A stretch of DNA of 64,000 nt from Eledone cirrhosa (taxonomy: Eukaryota). Location of the stretch: assembly GCA_964016885.1 (NCBI GenBank), contig CAXHJY010000967.1:62001-126000 (forward strand), in the 5' to 3' direction. The notes beneath the pieces were generated by a model. The model made no database searches. It was not told where the DNA came from and saw only the letters and a list, made by a program, of their open reading frames with translations. The stretch's first letter is position 1, and each line of letters starts with the position of its first letter. Position numbers and translations under genes: made by a program. This document shows positions 55,698 to 64,000 of this stretch, piece by piece.

Positions 55698-56696
55698 TAG
55701 ATACAAATGTAACAGAGAAAGAACTTTGATGCAAGTAAATTAATTAAATGACAACAACAATATAAAAGACTAATAAATCTGGTTCAGAGTTATGAGTATA
55801 TATATATTCAAATAAAATATTAAACATTGAGCACAATAAAAATAGTATTTCAAATAATTAAAATGAAAACACTATTCATAAAAGTAACAGGCAAATTATA
55901 TACAAGAAGTGGGTGTTTGAGGGGAAAATGTGATTTACATGCATATTTCTCAAACATGAACTCTAAATTGTCTAAATGTTTACTTTTTTTTAAAATTCAT
56001 TATTCAAGTTTATGGCTCTTGGGTTGTAAAACTTTCAACCGTGAACAAGTTCAAAACTTTATATATATATATATATATCTAGCAATTGGAAAGACCAATG
56101 GAAACATTGTTACCTCGGTCCAATTTGACGTGCTCCACTCCACTCGTTAAGCAAATGAAGAGGGAATCTTGTTGAACGACTGTAATTATGTTATATATAT
56201 AATACATAAAGAAATATATATATATATATATAATTCATATATCATCTATCTATCTATCTATATATATGTCAATACCAGCCCATTAAGCTTGCACTATATG
56301 CAAATGAGCATTTCCAGATATTTCATTTCATATGCAAAATTTATATAAGCTGCAGGTTTATTCTTGCCTCAGTACCAAGTGCATAAGCATTACTGAAAAT
56401 AGCTAAAAATCTTGAAACACAAGTGTCTGACATTGCCATAGAGGTAGCTGTAACATGAACACAGCTTAAAACATTCATAGCAAGAATAATGTAAGTTTAT
56501 TATATATAAACATATGGTATATGGTTTCATGTACATCATATATATATATAAAACCTATAGTGGAACTATCACAGGATTTACCAAATGAAATAATTCGATT
56601 GTTGAGTACTACTGTAAGCGGCTTCAGATTCTTGTTACTTCAAATTAATTGATTACACTAACGGAAACTGAATAATACTATAATTCTCTGTATATG

Positions 56697-56729
<33 letters not shown>

Positions 56730-56799
56730 GTATATATTATAAGAATTTACCATCTCCATTGAAGGCCATCTTTACAAAGAAATTAGGTAAGTTTTAGAA

Positions 56800-57210
56800 T
56801 TTTAAATTTATTTGCCTTTGTTATGAAAATCTGCCACAATTCATTTATTAACTATAAAACAGTTGAATAAATCAGGTAAATTACCCTTGGAGATGGAAAA
56901 AAGGTAGACAGAGACACCTGTAGTAAAGAGTGCATGCATCTGCTGTATGCAAGGTAGCTGCAATAACCATTACACCAGTGCAACCTGACCAACTCTTCAA
57001 CTTGTTTAGAAATGTAAATAAACTGATATGAAGAAATTGAGTAAGTTTGAAAATTTGAAATTTATTTGCCACAATTCATATATTAACTATAAAGTTGGGT
57101 AAATTATCATTGGGGACAGAAAAAAAAGTAATTTACCCAACTCCTTCAACTATTTTATACTTGATATATATTGTGGTAGTTTTTCATAATAAAGCAAATA
57201 CATTTCAAAT
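56800..57210. repeat. Foldback/MITE-like element with internal partial duplication
   Basis: tatttgc...gccacaat...ggtaaattac occurs twice directly (56805, 57060) and once inverted (57128-57210). Confidence 0.55.
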
Positions 57211-60200
57211 ATATATATATATATATATACACAAACTTTCTTTCCCCTTTTCCGTATAAAGTGTTAAATACTCTGTTTTGTCGTTTCCTTGAACTATATA
57301 TATATATATATATAAAACAAAGCAAGACCTTAAGTAATGAACCTATTCTCTAAAATAAAAAAGGGAAAAATCTAAGAGATTGAGTCACAATGAACAAAAT
57401 CAGTCGTGCAATTTGTTGCCATAACTGACACAATATAAAAAAAAATTGAATAAAGGAAAAATGTTGCTTTTCTTGAAGTCAAATAAATCAAATGGATATT
57501 ACTATTCTCTTACTCATTAAAATGCAAAGCAGACTAGAGGTGTTAAGCAACAGAACCATCCTATAATATAGATAACTGGAGAAGAGTTATAATTATTTGC
57601 ATTTAAATAAAATGCTTTCTAAATCTAATTTCTAACAATATATTTTATTTAAATTTCACATTAAACAGTTCCAAATGAAACCAAGAACTTGTAGGGGGTT
57701 AAAAGTTTATATCAAAAACCATAAACTGAATATAATGGTGGAAGGTGTGTGTATGTGATGAATATTATCCTCCTCTCAAAAGAATAAACAAGTAAAATAA
57801 GTTGAAACATTTTTTTTTTTGTTAAATATCCATCCAAATTAAACAACTACATCATTACCTATTGCCACATATTTTCCCAGAACAATTAGGGAGAAAGAAC
57901 AGGGTAGATCTAATGGTGAAAGGTGGAGGTTATCATGCAAAAAGCCTTACCACATCTCAGAAGCCAAATAAAATGTAAAAGCTGCTTGAAGTAAATTGAA
58001 ATAAGTTAGTGAAAAGAACTTGTGTTTAAGATTTTAAAAGAAAATAAAGATATTATTAAAAATAAATATTATTTTATTAAATCTAATATATAAATCTTAG
58101 TAAAACACTTGCTGATAAGAATAGGTAAATGGGAGAAAGAGAATATATTTGTTTATTTGAAATATCATTTTATTTTTATTTTTTATTTTTCAAAGTTTCA
58201 ACATGTAAATTCAAACTTAATTATGAAGTAACTCATTTATTTTCCAGGACAATCAGAGTAATATGCTAACAAGAGATAATAAATTTCTAAGAGCTTTTAC
58301 AGTAATATATTTCTGACAGTAAGATCAGTTCTAATTTAGATCCAAACAAATTTAAATCTGAGAGAAATAGTTTAACAAAAAACATTTGACATTAATGGAT
58401 CTGGTCCCTTATTTAATAGTTTTCTACTTAATATTGATACTAACTACAAATTAGATTGTTTTTACAACTACATAGTTCTTAAATTTGATCACTAAATTTT
58501 GTTTTGTTTGAGTAAGTTAAGATAAGAGGAACTACACAAGACTATCATTATTGTCAAATGAAATTATGAAGCTTCACTTTGATGGAATCAATGATTATAA
58601 GAATGTAGCTCTCAAAATGGAAGCAGGAACATATGCAAATGTATAGTAAACATTACAAAATACATAATTACATTGAGTGTTAAATAAAAAATATATTAAA
58701 CACCCTATCTTCACTTTATTCATTTCAAAAGGTATAACAAAAAAATTTATATTTTTGTTAATTTTCTAGTCTACATTTGTGTCAAATGTATTTACAAAAA
58801 CTTAATTTTAATATTTATATATAGAGAGAACTATAAAGTAGTGAGTGATAGAAGAGACATACAAGAATGGTTTTATAATATTGTCAAATTATTTGGGAGT
58901 TAATATTAAGATAACATACGAAGTATACTTGGGGAAGAATGTTTCAATGTTGTTGAATTAGGTATATTGAGGGTAAAGGAAAGGGTTAAAGAGAAGTAAA
59001 AATATTTCAACTGTTCCATACAAATAAATTTGAAGAACTAATGTAGTGGCATGACTGGTTAACAAGGTCATCAAAGAGATTTTGTGTATTAGACTAGTTC
59101 TAATATACTTCATGTTTCTAATTAATTTACCTGGTACTCTAAAATCTCAGCAATTCGTAACAACATGAGGTAGAGAAGACTGTTCAGTCATATCAAGAAC
59201 ATAGCATCTTCTCTACTGTTGGCGCCATGATGAAATGAACTGAGTGTAAAATGATTGGTGTTAAGAAGGGCATCCAGCTGAAGAAACTATGACAACAAAG
59301 GAATGTATGAGTGAGATGTGGTCACCCAACCTGTCTAGAAAGACAATAATTCTAAATGGGCATAAAATGATGATGAAGTTATATCACTTTTAATCTTCTT
59401 CAAACATTTTTGTTTTCAAAGAATTCCCAAACTATCTCATCCAGCAAACTTCAGTGTGATAAGAATTCAATTAAATTCTTATCCATGGTGGTAGCCCAAC
59501 TATGCAAAAAACTCAATTGGTAGCAGCTGAGAAATTTAAGAGAAATCTCCCTTCTCTTCAAAAACTCTTCCACAGCAAAAAATATCAACTCTCCTATACT
59601 GTCTGGCAAAAAATAACTAGAGTTGTTTTTTTTTTTTTTTTTTTTTTTATAAACCAAACTTAAGCTAACAGTAAAGCTTCATTCCCTGCTAGAGTTGTAA
59701 TGAAAATTAAGCAATCCTCAAAAAATTGTATGTCTTCCACATCGTTCTCATTATATCAATTTCTTGTATTGTATTATACCATTTTATAATGTCAGGGCAG
59801 CTCAATAACATCTGGTAGGATCAATGCTTCACTAATGGCATGTGGTGGTCTGGATTTGGTAATCAGTAATGAAATTGTGTAAGAATCATGTAACAAATCA
59901 TTTATTTGCATTGATGTGGATAAGAATACACTTGACAAGGGCTATTTGCAATATTGGTCACAAAGTGTTTTGAAATAAGATAAATCTTTATTTTTTCTCG
60001 TCAGCATTATTTATTATTTTTTTTTTTTAATCAAGAACCATACTAATCGAAGGTTTCCTTGATCCATTTTTGGCAAATCAGACACATTGGTAATAATTGA
60101 TTTGTAGGTGAAAGAATAAAGCCATATCTTAAACATCTGATATTCTACTGCTGACATTTCCATTTTTGGTTTTGCCATAAGGTGACAAATTGGCAGAGTC

Positions 60201-61975
60201 AGATAGAGGGGTTTGCAATATTCGTACCAGCTCTGTGCACTTTGATTTCAAAACCTACCACAATCAACTATGTTTTTCATCCCTTTGAGGTCAATAAAAA
60301 AGTACTAATTAAGTACTGAGATCAATTCTTCCTCTGTATCAGCTTCTTTCTATTACAACCTCTCCTTCTCTGGAAGAAATTGACTGTTTTCACACCTAGA
60401 GAGGGGATAAGCTCTGCTAAGTTTAAAAATACCCAAGACATGCTGTATACCACAACAGTGCCACTATAACTCCATCAGGAGTTACGGGTCCATACATACA
60501 TGGTGATATGTATAAAAAATATATATTATTTTAGATAAATGTATTATTCAATTGTTATATAATTCATTAAATATAATCCCCATATTACAATTATTTGCTA
60601 CGGGCCCCCTTGTCTTCCATTGCCCACCACCAACTCTTTGCTTTCTAGTGCCCCCAATATTTTGGGCTTCTGAATTTGGGAATCACTGATATATAAGAAC
60701 ATTTTTATAGATTAACTATTAGGAGAGAACTAGGTCAATATGCAGGCTAGCCTCTTTTGTGCTAAAAAGAAGAAACAATGCAATAACACCCTTATACTTT
60801 TTGAATCTTGTAAAAATGGTTCCATTGTAAGTATAGGAACACCAATAGGTTTAATCTTCAATGGTTTAAGGAACTGTACAATATATAGGTAGATTTCTAG
60901 AGGCCAAAGAACTGATAATTCAATATAAGAGCAGATTTTTTTTATATATATAAATAAATAAAACAAGTTTATGGCACTAAATGTAAACAGTGAGTTAATC
61001 ACTAAACAAAAATAAATACATTAAAAGCAAATTATAAAAACAAAATTACTTGAGGATATAAAGATTTAAAGCAAAACGAGAAATTAGAATAATGTAAAAC
61101 ATAAGTAGCAATTGATAAAAGCCACACAATCTATCTACATATTAGCATATATTCACACATGATTGCAATTAACTAGATTATTGATCTATTGATCAGTTAA
61201 CTAGTTGATTGTATATCAATGATTTAAAAATAATAATAATGATGATAATAATGATGATGATGATGAAACAAAAGAAAATAGTAGTAGTAGCAGCAGCAGC
61301 AAAAGTTTAAGCCAATGCAGACATCTGTTTGCATGTATTAATCAATTAGACTATCCACTTAGCTTCATATAAACACACCACTAAAAATATCTTGCCACAT
61401 CACACACAGCCTTGAATCAGACTAGCTTCATTAGTCTGAACAGCTAAATCACTTTCATCTATACACTATATATTATTGCAGCATTTATTTAACTATTGAT
61501 TTTTAATGCCTCTTCTTTAAAGGAATATAAGACAAGTGACAAGAAGAAATTTATTCTATTATTAACTCAAGTCAGAAGATGCTAGACATTTGAAATACCT
61601 ATTTCATTTACATGAATGACATTGCTTTACATAATTCTACAGAGGGGTAGAAGAAATAAACGCATATACACACACTACTAACATAATTATTAACTTGGAA
61701 CTAGTATTTCTTATTAATTAGCTCCAGCCATATAAAATAGATGTATACTCTATCAACTGTTTGGGAGCCACCTACAAGCCATATACATATTATCCAAGTT
61801 TTATTCTACTATAGAAGCACACTACAGTGGCTGAGAACACTGAGTACACAATGGCAATGTGAGCTTGTATTATTTTACCAATCTATTTATTTATATATAT
61901 AAATAAATAGATATATATGGGGGTTTAGAAAAAAAAAGCATGTGTGTGTTAAGCCAGCCATTTTAAAGAAATATA

Positions 61976-62137
61976 ACAGGTAGAATTCCGTTACAACAAA
62001 TTTTTCAGTATAACAAAATTTTTTCAATCCCCGAGGTAATAACAAACGCTCAATTTATTTTGGTCAATCTTGTTAATTTTTTGTTACAACAAATTTTTTT
62101 ATACCCCATGAATTCCATTATAACGGAATTTAATTGT
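61976..62137. mobile_element. Small Tc1/pogo-like MITE
   Basis: TIR core aattccgtta(c/t)aa at both ends. Confidence 0.6.
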
Positions 62138-64000
62138 ATCATCATCATAAACGATGATGATAATGATGATGATATATATATATATATATACACATAGACA
62201 CACACACACCACAATAATGTGATCCATCTGTTTATTAATGATCACTGTTTGGCTAATTTCAAGATTAAAAATAGAAAGTAATTCTTAAAAATACCCAAAT
62301 AACTAAAATGCTTAAAAAATATTTACAGTTGTTGTGAAGATGTAATAGATTCATATTCACGAACTGTTGCAAACAAGACATCACATCCCTAATCAGAATT
62401 GGTGCATGGGTCCAATGGTAAGACAAGTCAAGAAAAGTGATTTAAAAAAAAAATCCAAGTCTGAGTAGACGTGGTTTTCTATTGCCTTTTCAAAACAAAC
62501 TAGTTTTTAAACTCAGCAAAGTGGGCCAACTTTGATCAAAGATAAACCACTATTTTGACAAATTGTCAACTTGGCCAGCTGTGATTTGTCAAAGCAATAT
62601 GAAACATTTGAGCTTACATTAACTCAGTATCTAAACTAGTATATGGATACATCCTTATCTAATCAACAGATTAGTGGTTAAAATACAATACTAATAAATA
62701 CATGAATCCCTAAATAAAAAAACAAGTTTGATAACACTTTAATAAAGAATAAATTTAAGAGAATGAACCTGAAAGTAAAAAGAAACAAAGAGCTTGCTAT
62801 GCATGAGCTATGACATGACAAAAGGCAATTTCTGGTTTCACTGACTCAAACAGGATTTCTATGTTTAAAATACCATAGTTGATATATAAACTTTCTGTTA
62901 CTCCTACTGCATTACTTAGTAAACTGCAAGATCATATATAATACTTTCATATTTCTCTACTATATACAGATATTACATTTAGCTATGATCTTGATATAAG
63001 TTAATATAATCAGTTGATATGTTTTGTAAAAAAGAAGAAAAAAAAAACATTTTACCAATAAAATTTCAAATTCTGTAAAATGTACTTAAAAGAGTAAAAT
63101 AGCCAAAGTTAAGTGAAGAAGTAAGATTTCTGAAATACTGGATTTTAAGACATGAAAGGCTGCATATAATAATAGGTGAAGGGACCACAGAAAAGAATAA
63201 TATATAGGTTTCACTGACTTACATGCTTTTTTATGTATGCTTTTTCATGCCTCGCATGAGTTGGACAAGACTTTTAAAGGAAGCTTTTTAACATCCGGAT
63301 GCCAACCCAATTTATTTTTTAAGTATGGTGTATACTGCTGAGTTTTGAGTCTATGATGAACTTAAACAAATGAGGATGAGTCAAAGAACTCAAAAGGAAA
63401 GTGAGTGGTGAGAAGAGTGGATTCTACATACACACAAACACCAACTTTCAGCTCAAAGTTGAGATATAAATAGTAACCTGGGCAGCAGAGGTAGGTTAGA
63501 GACAGAGGATAAAGGATATATATGGCTTGTATCATCATTATCATCATCGTTTAACGTCCATCTTCCACGCTTGCATGGGTGTAGCTGGAGTTAAGATTAA
63601 GCTCAAGTTCATGTATATTAACAGATGGACAATTATCTAACTAATGTAATGTCTTTCTTAATCATGGCAAATGTAGTTTTATAAGGAATGGAAGAGGAGG
63701 TGAAATGCTCTGGATGTGCCAATAAATGTGAAAGGAATGTTTTGGAGCAAAGAATTTCACCCCTTTCAAATCCATAATACACTGATTAAGGCACTAAAAG
63801 TGTTACGGTTTGCCATCAGCTTTTCAATAGTTTTAAGGTGGTAGTGCCAGATTCAGGATAAAATGCTCTCAGTACAATTTGGTTGGCATTAGAAAAGGCA
63901 TCTAGCCATAGAAACCGAGCCAAAAATGGAGCATATGAGCAAGATGTAGTCATCTGATTAGTCTATCCTCAGTATGTGACAGCCCATCTAACCCAGGCAG

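Overview
AT-rich eukaryotic genomic DNA. The repeat landscape (RTE LINEs with (GAT)n tails, tRNA-derived SINEs, very long (TA)n tracts, TTAA- and TA-flanked MITEs) is what I associate with an octopod cephalopod; the taxon is an inference. The window is mostly one intron-rich minus-strand gene, MAP2K7 (MKK7/hemipterous, a JNK kinase). Eleven coding exons (39190 down to 19317, 1055 nt including the stop) splice in phase with GT-AG boundaries and give the full kinase domain. The first exon(s) were not found and probably lie beyond 64000. Almost all ORF-track entries are transposon remnants or microsatellite artefacts, and the track misses the real exons. Points worth follow-up: (1) an exon-like ~92-nt hairpin just past the stop codon, with an in-frame UGA, that may start an unannotated spliced C-terminal extension; (2) a candidate 37-nt 5' exon resembling the vertebrate JNK-docking cassette exon; (3) two Ser(AGY) codons where human MKK7 has Gly, which A-to-I editing would convert; (4) many inverted repeats able to form dsRNA in the pre-mRNA, including two near-identical ~1 kb RTE copies; (5) a PHD-type finger inside the RTE reverse-transcriptase ORF. 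No wholly new system can be demonstrated from the sequence alone.
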